From positions 658,068,001 to 658,132,000 of the forward strand of contig NC_091285.1 in NCBI RefSeq assembly GCF_032444005.1: a stretch of DNA of 64,000 nucleotides, written 5' to 3'. Within the stretch, counting starts at the first letter, position 1. Every line of letters begins with the position of its first letter. Positions 1 to 11,831 of the stretch are shown in pieces. The position numbers were made by a program, and so were the translations under genes. The notes below the pieces were generated by a model. The model was not told where the DNA came from, made no database searches, and was given only the letters and a program-made list of their open reading frames with translations. Source of the stretch: Ranitomeya imitator. Taxonomy: Eukaryota.

Positions 1-260
1 CTTTTTTTAGAGCACTTCTTCCACTGCGTCAGAGGTTGAGCAGGATCAGCGGGGACATGGTCGGGTGGCAAGGCGGAAGCGTGTACGTATACCTGGCTGA
101 CTGTTTATTGTATCCTGACTTTACTATTCTTGAATATTCATTTCTTTACTTTCCTCTTTCTTTACCATTTTCTTCTTGACTCCTTTTTTTCTTGACTTTC
201 AATATTCATGCCAGTTCTCTGCCTCTGTTTTCTCTTTTCCTTATGTTAATGTCTCTTAAT

Positions 261-1779
261 CTCCCTGGTCCATGTCCGTTGTGGGACACCCGGGTTCCGC
301 AGCACTCGGAAAACGTGACAATTCAGCGGCTATGGAATGAGGTGGCCAAAGCGATGTCAGATGGCTGGGACAACGCCCCGACGACTCGGGTCCGAAATGC
401 ATTTTGTAAGTATTGCAATGCGGTGTGCTGCAGCAGTGACCTTGGCCGGGATCACACAACTGTGTATGATGAGAGAAACTCTCAGGGGTTTCTCTCATCA
501 CACACAGTTGTGGATGTCTAGAGTGGTCTGGAGTGGTGGTCCTTCACCAAACAGGCACGGACTCGTCCCAGCCTTCCAGCAGCGCTGCAGCAAGTGGGCC
601 TGCAACACAGACTGGAGACCAGGAAGCTGGTCCATCAGGTGTTCCCCTGTCCCAGTCCTCTGCCTCTGCCTCTTTTTTTGGGCTCTTCCAGCAGACGGCC
701 TCGGACAGGTCACTCATGCCCGAGTTTTTGCACTTGAGCTCGTTCTTTCATGATGGACTCAAGCGATGGGTGACCGACTGGATAGTGCCATAAACCATAT
801 GAATACACTTATCCAGGAGGTCACCAAAAGCCTTGACCAAGTGAAAGTCGACCTCCAGAGGCCAGCACATCATTTTTTCAATCAAATAGAGAAGGGCATG
901 TTGGAACACCTTACTCCTCATCTCCAGCTTAGTGTCATGCAGGCCTGCAGTGCTACTTACGTGCAGGCTATGCAGCAGAGTCGGTATGTTCAGCAGACAG
1001 TGGCGGCATATCCACCTGTGCCAACACTGTCATGCATGACCTCAATACCAACCTCTACTGCTTACCACTGCATGGCCACCTCCATTCCAAACACTGCTGG
1101 ACACCACTACAGTACCACCACCATGCCTAGTGCTGTTGGACAGCCCACCACCACCACCATGACAACTGCTGTTCCTGCTTGGACCTCTTCCACTGCCACC
1201 ACCATGCAGCAGCAGGACCCTGGCATGGCCTTCCGCTCGACCACCACCACCACAATGCAACAGGACCCAGGCATGGACTTCCCCACCACCATGCAGCAGC
1301 AGGACCCTGGCATGACCTTCCGCTCCACCACCACCACGATGCAGCAGAACTCAGGCATGGCCTTTCCCACCACCATGCAGCAGCAGGACCCTGGCATGGC
1401 CTTCCGCTCCACCACCACCATGATGCAGCAGGACCCAGGCATGGCCTTCCCCACCACCATGCAGCAGCAGGACCCTGGCATGGCCTTCCACTCCACCACC
1501 ACCACGATGCAGCAGGACCCTGGTATGGCCTTCCGCTCTACGAGCACAATGGACTCTAGCATGGCTGTCTGGTCTATGAGCACAATGGACTCTGGCATGG
1601 CTGTCCTCTCTTCGAGCACAGTGCAGCAGCCGGACCCTGACAGGTCGTCCACCACGACCAGGCCGCAACAAATGAGCCCACCGAGGCTCCCCAGACCACG
1701 TAGATCCCAAAAAGGGAAAAAAAATAAAAAGCAGCGTACTATCTGTATTCCTCCCCATCACCTCCCAATGTGTCTGTAA
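261..1779 (+). pseudogene. Harbinger Myb/MADF-like accessory protein, disrupted
   Basis: LWDTRVPQHSENVTIQRLWNEVAKAM resembles a MADF helix region and ends at a GTAAG donor at 406; downstream frames 533-793 and 766-1779 join by a frameshift; C-terminal HFFNQIEKGMLEHLTPHLQLSVMQAC segment and basic tail. Confidence 0.55.
1204..1560 (+). repeat. In-frame coding minisatellite (QQDPGMAF-type units)
   Basis: Eight units alternating long (QQQDPGMAFRSTTTTM) and short (QQDPGMAFPTTM) within ORF 766-1779. Confidence 0.9.
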
Positions 1780-2912
1780 AGTCAGGTTTGTCTCACCCTT
1801 CCAGTGTGTCTCAGGCCTCTCATGTGTCAAGCCCCATCCCTGAACTCCCAGACCCCACTATTTTAATTGCCCCTTCTCCTGCCACCCCTGCGTCGTCCAC
1901 ACTTAGCCAGGCCTCACAGCTACACACCCCCCAGTTCTGTCACTCTACCCCAAGCAGGCGCAGTTAAAAATTTTTTTGTTAAAAAATAAATAATGTTTTT
2001 TGCCCCCAATAATGTTTTGTTATTTGTGTATTTCGCCACCGGCAACACACACCTTGCGCCTTATAAAACACTGCGCCATACACTATATTTTTTTGCCAAC
2101 TGATAGCTCCAGGAGTTATTAAGTACAACACTGCAGCTTTGTGTGTTTGGTATAGAGCTATGATGTGGCAAAAAAATATATAACTTGAATTTTCTCCATA
2201 ATCTCTTCAGTCTGATTAATCTGTGTCGCAGACTGAAGTGAAAATGGCGGTAATACAAAGCAGAACTATACTCAACAAGTCATGTGTCATAAATAGTGAG
2301 TTCATGATGCACAAAACTCTGCGTCTTCAACTCATTATTTATGAAACCTGACCTGGTGAGTAGAGAACTGCCTTGCATTACTTCCATTTTCTCTTCAGTC
2401 TACGTAATCTATTTCACACAAACTGAAGAGACGATGGAGGTCATACAAGGCATATCTATACTCACCTGGACATGTGTCAGAAATAGTGAATTCATGAGGC
2501 TGTTTGTGCATCATGAATTCATTATTTATTACACCTGACTTGATGAGTGTAGATCTGCTTTGTATTATACCTCCATCGTTTCTTCAGTCTGCGTCCAATA
2601 GATACTGCAGAACAGAAACAGGATGTAATGAATTCAACTACCTTATCACTAGCAACCTAAGTGGTTTTTAGAGGAAATACATAGGAGACTCGGTCAAGAT
2701 ATCAAAACACGTAGTTTATTAACAAAAGATATTAGTATCATTTAAAAGATAACTGGTACAGACCCAAACCCAACAGGACATTTTACACAATATTTTCTTG
2801 CCATGCCACACATAAAATATTAGAATCAAAATAGGCAGCAAATTGGTCCCGCATGTGGCCAACTTCAACAGTTGACCGCAGCGGGTGATGCGGGTGTTAG
2901 CCAGTAGATAGA

Positions 2913-3101
2913 AAAATATTTAGAATTGAGAGTCCTCAGTGGTTGATACCTTTTAATGGCTAACTGAAAAGATGGTAACAAATTGCAAGCTTTCGAAACT
3001 ACACAGACTGTGTAGTCTCGAAAGCTTGCAATTTGTTACCATCTTTTCAATTAGCCATTAAAAGGTTTCAACCACTGAGGACTCTCAATTCTAAATATTT
3101 T
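2913..3101. repeat. Near-perfect palindrome (94-bp arms, 1-nt spacer), probably Penelope pLTR-derived
   Basis: 2913-3006 is the reverse complement of 3008-3101 with 3 mismatches; centre CTACACAG-A-CTGTGTAG. Confidence 0.85.
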
Positions 3102-3106
3102 GGTAT

Positions 3107-3326
3107 ATTCTGGGAATTTGTCCGGGTTGGCATTAAGCTCGCCATATAGCGTGTGGTAGGCTCCACGGCTCTCCCGGAGTTCAACAATGGGGTGTCTCCA
3201 AAAACGCCTACGCCGTGTCCTTCTCTTTCGTTCTCTATTTCTTTGTTGCTCCCAAGCAAACGCACAGGCAAGAAACAGCTTGAAGTCCAGGTTGAAATAA
3301 AAGCTTTCCATGTGAAGATCCATCAT
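3107..3326 (-). pseudogene. Harbinger (HARBI1/ALP1-like) transposase N-terminal fragment
   Basis: RRRFWRHPIVELRESRGAYHTLYGELNANPDKFPEY is typical of Harbinger transposase N-termini; truncated at the palindrome. Confidence 0.7.
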
Positions 3327-4227
3327 GACACAGGATACAGTAGCACACTGTTAAGATTTCATCAGTCTTAGGGTCTATATATAGATATCCCATAATACAT
3401 GCCCTCTGTAGTCCCATTGGCGGTGTCTGGTTATCTAGATTTTTCTCCTGTTAAATTTTATTTTTTTTTACACGTTTGCATGCGGTTTATCGTGTGTTTC
3501 AGGTTGCGGATTAAATGCTGCGGATTGTAACGCAAATGTGAAACTAGCCTTAGCGACCAGACCAGAAGCAGCTGAAATGGAGCTGTATGTTTTGGACCAG
3601 CATATAAGGGGTCGTTAACCTCTTCAGCAACAAAGGAAACCAAATTCATTTAATGTGGGATCCAAACACACAGGCTAAATGGAAGATCTGTGATTAACAA
3701 TACGCAGGGATCTTCTACCCCCAGATCGCTTAGGTTGGCGTGACACACTCATGAAAGAATATTACACACGTTGCTTGTTACACAAAGTATTAGGGCTCTT
3801 TTCCACTTGAGAGGAAAAAAGCGGTCCGATTTACAGACCTAAAAAACGGATAAAAACTATGCATTTGTCATGCAAGTGTCACGTGATTTTTTATCGCAAC
3901 ATCCGTATGACATCCATATTGCTGTCCGATTTTTACGCACCGGTGTCCTTTGAAAAGCCGGCAAATCAGTGCTGTGTACAGTAAAATCACACTGACAGAT
4001 TAGAATAGAAAAGATAGAATATATATACTGTATACACATAGAATATGTATACACAGTATACATATATATATGTCACTGAGACACCAATATATATGTTTAT
4101 ATTTAATGCAGCGCTAGATAGCAGAAAAGCCGGTAATTCAATTGCCGGCTTTTGCATTCTCCTTCACAAACCCGACAGGATATGAGACATGGTTACATAC
4201 AGTAAACCATCTCATATCCCTTATTTT

Positions 4228-4303
4228 ACATAGTAACATAGTAACATAGTTAGTAAGGCCGAAAAAAGACATTTGTCCATCCAGTTCAGCCTATATTCCA
4301 TCA
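4228..4303 (-). mobile_element. 3' tail of a CR1/L2-class non-LTR element, 5'-truncated
   Basis: Minus strand reads ...GGCTGAACTGGATGGACAAATGTCTTTTTTCGGCCTTACTAACTATGTTACTATGTTACTATGT, a short tandem 3' tail. Confidence 0.55.
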
Positions 4304-4849
4304 TTTTATTACATATTCCATCGTGACTATTAATGTAAGAAGTGTCTTTGTGTAAAATTTGGTGGCTCTAGCTGTTAAAATAAAGGGTTAACTCCTTTAC
4401 CCCAAGGGTGGTATGCACGTTAATGACCGGGCCAAATTTTACAATTCTGACCAATGTCCCTTTATGAAGTTATAACTCTGGAACGCTTCAACGGATCCCA
4501 GTGATTCTGACATTGTTTTCTCGTGACATATTGTACGTCATGATAGTGGTAAAATTTCTTTGCTATTACCTGCGTTTATTTGTGAAAAAAATGGAAATTT
4601 GGCAAAAATTTTGAAAATTTCGCAATTTTCCAACTTTGAATTTTTATGCAATTAAATCAGAGATATGTCACACAAAATACTTAATTAGTAACATTTCCTA
4701 CATGTCTACTTTACATCAGCACAATTTTGGAACCAAAATTTTTTTTTTAGGGAGTTATAAGGGTTAAAAGTTGACCAGCAATTTCTCATTTCTACAACAC
4801 CATTGTTTTTTAGGGACCACATCTCATTTGAAGTCATTTTGTGGGGTCT

Positions 4850-6790
4850 ATATGATAGAAAATAACCAAGTGTGACACCATTCTAAAAACTGAACCCCTC
4901 AAGATGCTCAAAACCACATTCAAGAAGTTTATTGGTATTTTGGTATGTTTAAATAAAAATGAACATTTAACTTTTTTTCACAAAAAATTTACTTCAACTC
5001 CAATTTGTTTTATTTTACCAAGAGTAACAGGAGAAAATGGACCCCAAAAGTTGTTGAACAATTTGTCGTGAGTACACCGATACCCCATATGTGGGGGTAA
5101 ACCACTGTTTGGGCGCATGGCAGAGCTCGGAAGCGAAGGAGCGCCATTTGACTTTTCAATGCAAAATTGACTGGAATTGAGATGGGACGCCATGTTGCGT
5201 TTGGAGAGCCCCTGATGTGCCTAAACATTGAAACCCCGCACAAGTGACTCCATTTTTGAAAGTAGACCCTCTAAGGAACTTATCTAGATGTGTGGTGAGC
5301 ACTTTGACCCACCAAGTGCCTCACAGAAGTATATAATGTAGAGCCGTAAAAATGAAAAATCATATTTTTTACAAAAATGATCTTTTTGCCCCCAATGTTT
5401 TATTTTCCCAAGGGTAAGAGAAGAAATTGAACCACAAAAGTTGTTTTACAATTTGTCCTGAGTACGCTGATACCCCATATGTGGGGATAAACCACTGTTT
5501 GGGCGCTTGGTAGAGCTCGTAAGGGAAGGAGTGCCATTTGACTTTTCAATGCAAAATTGACTGGAATTGAGATGGGACGCCATGTTGCGTTTGGAGAGCC
5601 ACTGATGTGCCTAAACATTGAAACCCCCCACAAGTGACACCATTTTGGAAACTCATCTAGATGTGTTGTAAGAGCTTTGAACACCCAAGTGTTTCACTAC
5701 AGTTTATAACGCAGGGCCGTGAAAATAAAAATTCTTTTTTTTCCCAACAAAAATTCTTTTTTAGCCCCCAGTTTTGTATTTTCCCAAGGGTAACAGGAGA
5801 AATTGGACCCCAAAAGTCGTTGTCCAATTTGTCCTGAGTACGCTGATGCCCCATATGTTTGGAGGAACCACCGTTTGGGCGCATGGGAGAGCTCTGAAGG
5901 GAAGGAGCACCGTTTTGGAATGCAGACTTTGATAGAATGGTCTGCGGGCGTTATGTTGCATTTGCAGAGCCCCTGATGTACCTAAACAGTAGAAACCCCC
6001 CACAAGTGACCCCATTTTGAAAACTAGAGCCCCCATGGAACTTATCTAGATGTGTGGTGAGAACTTTGAATGCCAAGTGCGTCACAGAAGTTTATAATGC
6101 AGAGTCATGAAAATAAAAATAAAACAATTTCCACAAAAAAGATTTTTTAACCTCCAAGTTTTTATTTTCACAAGGGTAACAGGGGAAATTGAACCCCAAA
6201 AGTTGTCCAATTTGTCGTGAGTATGCTGGTACCCCATATGTGGGGGGACCACTGTTTGGGCGCACAGCAGAGCTCGGAAGGGAAAGAGCGCCGTTTTGGA
6301 ATGCAGACTTTGATAGAATGGTCTGCGGGCGTTATGTTGCATTTGCAGAGCCCCTGATGTACCTAAACAGTAGAAACACCCCACAAGCGACCCCATTTTG
6401 AAAACTAGACCCCCCATGGAACTTATCTAGATGTGTGTTGAGAACTTTAAATGCCCAAGTGCTTCACAGAAGTTTATAATGCAGCGTCGTGAAAATAAAG
6501 AATATATTTTTTTTCCACAAAAAAGATTTTTTAGCCCCAAGTTTTTATTTTCACAAGGGTAACAGGAGAAATTGGACACAAAAAGTTGTTGACTAATATG
6601 TCCTGAGTACACTGATACCCCATATGTTTTGGTAAACCCCTGTTTGGGCACACGGGAGAGCTCGGAAGGGAAGGAGCACTGTTTTGCTTTTTCAACGCAG
6701 AATTGGCTGGAATTGAGATCGGACGCCATGTCGCGTTTGGAGAGCCCCTGATGTGCCTAACAGTGGAAACCCCCCAATTATAACTGAAAC
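4850..6790. repeat. About five diverged ~380-bp internal tandem repeats
   Basis: GAGTACRCYGATRCCCCATATG-like motif recurs near 5070, 5461, 5838, 6219 and 6606. Confidence 0.85.
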
Positions 6791-7050
6791 CCTAATCCAA
6801 TCACACCACTAACCCTGATCTCAACGGTAACCCTAACCACACCCCTAACCCTGACACACCCCTAACCCTAATCCCAACCCTATTCCCAACCGTAAATGTA
6901 ATCCAAACCCTAATCCTAACTTTAGCCCCAACCCTAACCCTAATTTTAGCCCCAACCCTAACCCTAACTTTAGCCCCAACCCTAACTGTAGCCCTAACCC
7001 TAGCCCCAACCCTAACCCTAACCATAGCCCTAACCCTAGCCCTAACCCTA
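6790..7050 (+). repeat. Degenerate telomere-like (CCCTAA)n tract
   Basis: CCCTAA/CCCTAG/CCCCAA hexamers with a ~24-bp higher-order unit CCCTAACCCTAACTTTAGCCCCAA. Confidence 0.85.
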
Positions 7051-9736
7051 ACGGGAAAATGGAAATAAATACATTTTTTTAATTTTTCCCTAACTAAGGG
7101 GGTGATGAAGGGGGGTTTGATTTACTCTTTATAGTGGGTTTTCTAGCAGATTTTTATGATTGGCAGCTGTCACACACTAAAAGACGCTTTTTATTGCAAA
7201 ACATATTTTTTGTGTTACCACATTTTGAGAGCTATAATTTTTCCATATTTTGGTCCACAGAGTCATGTGAGGTCTTGTTTTTTGCGGGACGAGTTGATGT
7301 TTTTATTAGTAACATTGTCGAGCATGTGACATTTTTTGATCGCTTTTTATTCCGATTTTTGTGAGGCAGAATGACCAAAAACCAGCTATTCATGAATTTC
7401 TTTTGGGGGGGCTTTACTACCGTTTCGCGTTTGGTAAAATGGATAAAGCAGTTTTATTCTTTGAGTCAGTATGATTACAGGGATACCTCATTTATAGCAT
7501 TTTTTATGTTTTGGCCCTTTTATATGATAAAAACTATTTTATAGAAAAAATATTTATTTTTGCATCGCTTTATTCTGAGGACTATAACTTTTTTATTTTT
7601 TCGCTGATGATATTGTATGGTGGCTCATTTTTTGCGGAACAAGATGATGTTTTCAGCAGTACCATGGTTATTTATATCCATCTTTTTGATCGCGTGTTAT
7701 TCCACTTTTTGTTCAGCAGTATGATAAAGCGTAGCTTTTTGCCTTGTTTTTTTTTTTTTTACGGTGTTCACTGAAGGGGTTAACTAGTGGGACAGTTTTA
7801 TAGGCCAGGTCGTTACGGCCGCGGTGATACTAAATATGTGTACTTTTATTGTTTTTTCTTATTATTTAGATAAAAGAATGTATTTATCGGAACAATATTT
7901 TTTTATTATTATTATTTATTTAGGTTTTTTTTTTATACATGTAATTTTTTTTTAACTTTTTTACTTTGCCCCGGGTGGGGGGGGGGGGGGCGGACATCAC
8001 AGTAAAGTGACAGATCGCTGATCTGACACTTTGCTGTGCACTGTGTCAGATCAAAGATCTGACGTACACATCAGGGGGGCTTCCCGACGCCTGCTCTGAG
8101 CAGGCGCTTGCAAGCCACCTCCCTGCAGGACCCGGATGCAGCCCCGTGGCCATTTTGTATCCGGGCCTGCTGCAGGGAGGAGGTAAGAGACCCTCGCAGC
8201 AACGCGATCACATCGCGTTGCTCTGAGGATCTCAGGGAAGCATGCAGGGAGCCCCCTCCCTGCGCGATGTTTCCCTATACCGCCGGAACACTGCGATCAT
8301 GTTTGATCGCAGTGTGCAGGGGGTTAATGTGCCGGGGGCGGTCCGTGACCGCTCCTGGCACATAGTGCCGGATGTCAGCTGCGATAGTGTGCTGACACCC
8401 GGCCGCGCTCCCCCCTTGAGTGCAGCTGATCGTGCTGGATGTACTATTATGTCCTTGGGAAGTAGGGCCCACCCCACATGGATGGAATATTATGTCCAAT
8501 GGCAGAAAGGGGTTAAATAACTGAAAAAAAAATTAACGTGGGCTCCCGCACAATTTTCTCCACCAGAGTGGTAAAGCCAGTGACTGAGGGCAGATATTGA
8601 TAGCCTAGAGAGGGACCAAGGATATTGCCCCCCCCCCGGCTAAAAACATCTGCCCCCAGCCACCCCAGAAAAGGCACATCTGTAAGATGCGCCTATTCTG
8701 GCACTTGGCCACTCTCTTCCCACTCTCCTGTAGCAGTGGGATATGGGGTAATAAAGGGTTAATGCCACCTTGCTATTGTAAGGTGACATTAAGCCTGGTT
8801 AATAATGGAGAGGTGTCAATAAGACACCTATCCATTATTAATCCAATAGTAGTAAATGGTTAATAAAACACACACACATTAGGAAAAAAGTATTTTAATG
8901 AAATAAAGACACAGGGTGTTGTAATAGTTTATTATACTCTCAATCCAATCGAAGGCCCTTGTCACCTGAATCAAAGTTAAAACAAAAATCAACAATATTC
9001 CATACCTTCTGTCGTTCAGTCTTGTCCCATGCTGTAAATCCATCTGAAGGGGTCAAATAATTTTACAGCCAGGAGCTCTGTTAATGCAAGTGTGCTCCTG
9101 CCTTTAAAATCTGAGGAATGAATGGAATGCAGGGGAACGTAGCTACCTAGACTTGCGGTGCTGCGCCCCCTGCTGGCATAACCTCATATGAACTCCAGCA
9201 TGGGAATTTTTCTGAATATTTTCTCACGCTAGATTTCATATGAGTTTAGCAAGGTGGCATTAACCCTTTATTACCCCATATCCCACCGCTACAGGGGAAT
9301 GGGAAGAGATTGGCCAAGTGGTAGAATAGGCGCATCTTACAGATGTGCCTTTTCTGGGGTAGCTGGGGCCGATGTTTTTAGCCAGGGGGGGGGGGGGGAG
9401 GCAATAACCATGGTCCCTCTCTATGCTAATAATATCTGCCCTCAGTCACTGGCTTTACCACTCTGGTGGAGAAAATTGCGCGGGAGCCAATTTTGCCCGT
9501 GATGTAACCCTTTATTTTAACAGCTAGAGCCCCCCAATTTTACACAAATACACTTCTTACATTAGTAGTGTGGAATATGTAATAAAATAAGGGATATGAG
9601 ATGGTTTACTGTATGTAACCATGTGTCACATCCTGTCTGGTTTGTGAAGGAGATAGCAAAAGCCGGCAATTGAATTACCGGCTTTTCTGCTATCTAGCTC
9701 TGCATTAAATATATATATATATGTGTCTCACTGACA

Positions 9737-10876
9737 TCTATAATATAACGCTGGGAGCATCACTCTGTCCGAAGCCTTTATAGACTGCGCAAGTGCAAGC
9801 GCCGGCGCAGTCTGGACCCCACAGAATGACGCTCCCGGGAGATTGCGGTATGCGTAAGCACTGAACGCACACCGCGATCTCCAACGGAGAGGCAGGGACG
9901 TGCCAGGAGGGTAAGTATAAGCTATATTCACCTGTCTGTCCCGTTCCAGCACTGCGCGCCGCCCCATCTTCCGGGTCCTCTGCCTGTGACGTTCACAGTT
10001 CAGAGGGCGCGATGACGCGCTTAATGCGCGCCGCCCTCTGACTGACCAGTCACAGCCAGAGGACCCGGAACACGGAGCGGCACGCAGCGCTGGAACGGGA
10101 CAAACAGGTGAATATAGCAAGTGTTGGGGGCCTGAGCTAGCGGCGATACCGGCACCTGACCCCCACAGCGCGCCGCTGTCCCCGCCTGCTCAGGCCCCCC
10201 AGCACTCGGCGCCCAGCGACGATAGGTGAGTATGTTATTTTTTTTTTTATATATATATATATATCGCAGCAGCATACGGGGCATATAATACAATGGAGCA
10301 TCTTATGGGGCCATAAATCTTTATGGAGCAGCATATGGGGCATATAGTATGGAGCATCTTATGGGGGCCATCAACCATAATGGAGCAGCATATGAGGCAT
10401 ATACTATGGAGCATTTTATGGGGCCATCAACCTTTATGGAGCAGCGTATGGGGCATATGGATGGGAGCAGCAAATTACAGAACGGGGGCGCAGGATGGGT
10501 GCAGCACATGACAGGATGGGGACGCAGGATGGCAGCAGCACATGACAGAACGGTGGCGCAGGATGGGAGCAGCACATGACAGGATGGGAGCAGCACATGA
10601 CAGAACGGGGGCGCAGGATGGCAGCAGCACATGACAGGATGGGAGCAGCACATGACAGAACGGGGGCGCAGGATGGCAGCAGCACATGACAGGATGGGAG
10701 CAGCACATGACAGAACGGGGGCACAGGATGGCAGCAGCACATGACAGGATGGGGGCGCAGGATGGAGCAGCACATGACAGGATGGGGACGCAGGATGGAG
10801 CAGCACATGACAGGATGGAGACCATATACCAATATAAATGCTCGCCACCCGGGCGTAGAACGGGTTCAATAGCTAG
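9737..10876 (+). mobile_element. Non-autonomous Helitron
   Basis: Inserted between A and T; 5' TCTATAATATAA; 3' hairpin ACCCG-GGCGTAGAA-CGGGT (10847-10865) followed by CTAG at 10873-10876; no TSD. Confidence 0.75.
10460..10820. repeat. Minisatellite of mixed 21- and 34-bp units (core GCAGCACATGACAG)
   Basis: Visible tandem units inside the Helitron; source of several spurious ORFs. Confidence 0.85.
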
Positions 10877-11696
10877 TATATATATATATACATATATATA
10901 TATACCTATTCTATGTGTATATATCTATTCAATTCTAACCTGTCAGTGTAATTTTACTGTACGCCGGACATGAATTGCCGGCTTTTCAAAGGACATTGGT
11001 GCGTAAAAATCGGACATCACTCGCATGGTCCGGGATGCTGTGGGATATTTTTCTCGCATCCAATGACTTACATTGGCAAGTCTTGTCCGAGAATCGCAGC
11101 AATACGCAGCATGCTGCGATTTTCTTCTCAGTCTGATTTCAGCTGAGAAAAAAATCGCAGATGAGATGTCACCCATTGAATAACATTGGTCCGAGTGCAA
11201 TCCGATTTTTTTATTGGATTGCACTTGTCCGTTTTTCTCTCTCGCAAGTGGAAATGAGCCCTTAGATGTCGCGTTGTATAACTTGCATACTGTATGTTAC
11301 ACATACTCACTCCATGGTGCACACACAAACATTGCATCTTACCTACACACTCCATGTTAAATGTCTCTAAGGCAACAAGCTTCAAGCACAAGAAAAGAAA
11401 AGTGTAAAAATCTCAAGAACAGCTGAAAATTATAATAAGATGAAAATTGCAGAATTGCTTTTATTTACAAGCACGATAGGAGAATACCCACTTATAAAGA
11501 TGGGATTAACCCTTTCAGACGAGTCATGTGACAGTACACACTGCGCAGCGCTGGGAAATTCATCTAAGGTCCAGATAAAATACTGTTGGCCAGAAATCGG
11601 CCAGTCTTGCAGGTTTTATGAAAATATGTGACTTCCAATGAACAGGAAAAAAAAAAAGTTATTTTCTTACGTTCCAGCAAATTCTTTGTGCCTCAT

Positions 11697-11733
11697 CACT
11701 TCCTATTGATTCAGCTTCCTTGTATTATAAAAG
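11697..11733 (+). promoter_or_regulatory. Candidate lectin core promoter: ETS/PU.1-like site and TATA box
   Basis: CACTTCCT (11697-11704, AGGAAGTG on minus) and TATAAAAG (11726-11733), about 80 bp upstream of the inferred ATG at 11810. Confidence 0.4.
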
Positions 11734-11809
11734 CAGTAAATGCGTGTAGTCAGCAATTTATTTAGATACTTGATTCGGAGTCTCGGAGAGCAGAGAACAG
11801 CAAGAAAGG

Positions 11810-11831
11810 ATGATGGACAAGCTGAGATCGG
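11810..11831 (+). CDS. Lectin exon 1 (MMDKLRS), inferred
   Basis: ATG downstream of TATA; phase-1 donor G|GTATGG completes the GAA codon with exon 2. Confidence 0.45.

Larger units (their letters stand above)
1..3549. mobile_element. Decayed Harbinger/PIF DNA transposon (right part; left end outside window)
   Basis: Convergent Myb/MADF-like ORF (+) and transposase N-terminus (-); terminus GGCTAGTTTCACATTTGCG on the minus strand ends at 3549 followed by TTA (Harbinger-type 3-bp target). Confidence 0.55.
4392..8512. mobile_element. piggyBac-like non-autonomous element (TTAA target)
   Basis: TTAA at 4388-4391 and 8513-8516; ends CTCCTT.../...AAGGGG; removing it restores the foldback arm; no transposase ORF. 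Confidence 0.7.
4075..9730. mobile_element. Foldback element with long inverted arms, left arm split by a piggyBac-like insertion
   Basis: 4075-4391 plus 8513-8790 is the inverted copy of about 9245-9730 (e.g. GCCGGTAATTCAATTGCCGGCTTTTGC vs GCAAAAGCCGGCAATTGAATTACCGGC). Confidence 0.7.
3793..11261. mobile_element. Non-autonomous Harbinger-type element carrying nested insertions
   Basis: TIRs GGGCTCTTTTCCACTTGAGAG / CTCGCAAGTGGAAATGAGCCC, TTA on both sides (3790-3792, 11262-11264), long subterminal inverted repeats (about 3870-4030 vs 10915-11060). Confidence 0.75.

Noticed and set aside
2860-2905. Helitron 3' end
   Set aside because: Weak hairpin and CCAG rather than CTAG; no matching 5' end identified.
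6801-7025. VR-repeat ORF
   Set aside because: Translation of the telomere-like tract.
10321-10973. Cys/His-rich ORFs on both strands
   Set aside because: Translations of the Helitron minisatellite; all frames are open because of low complexity.
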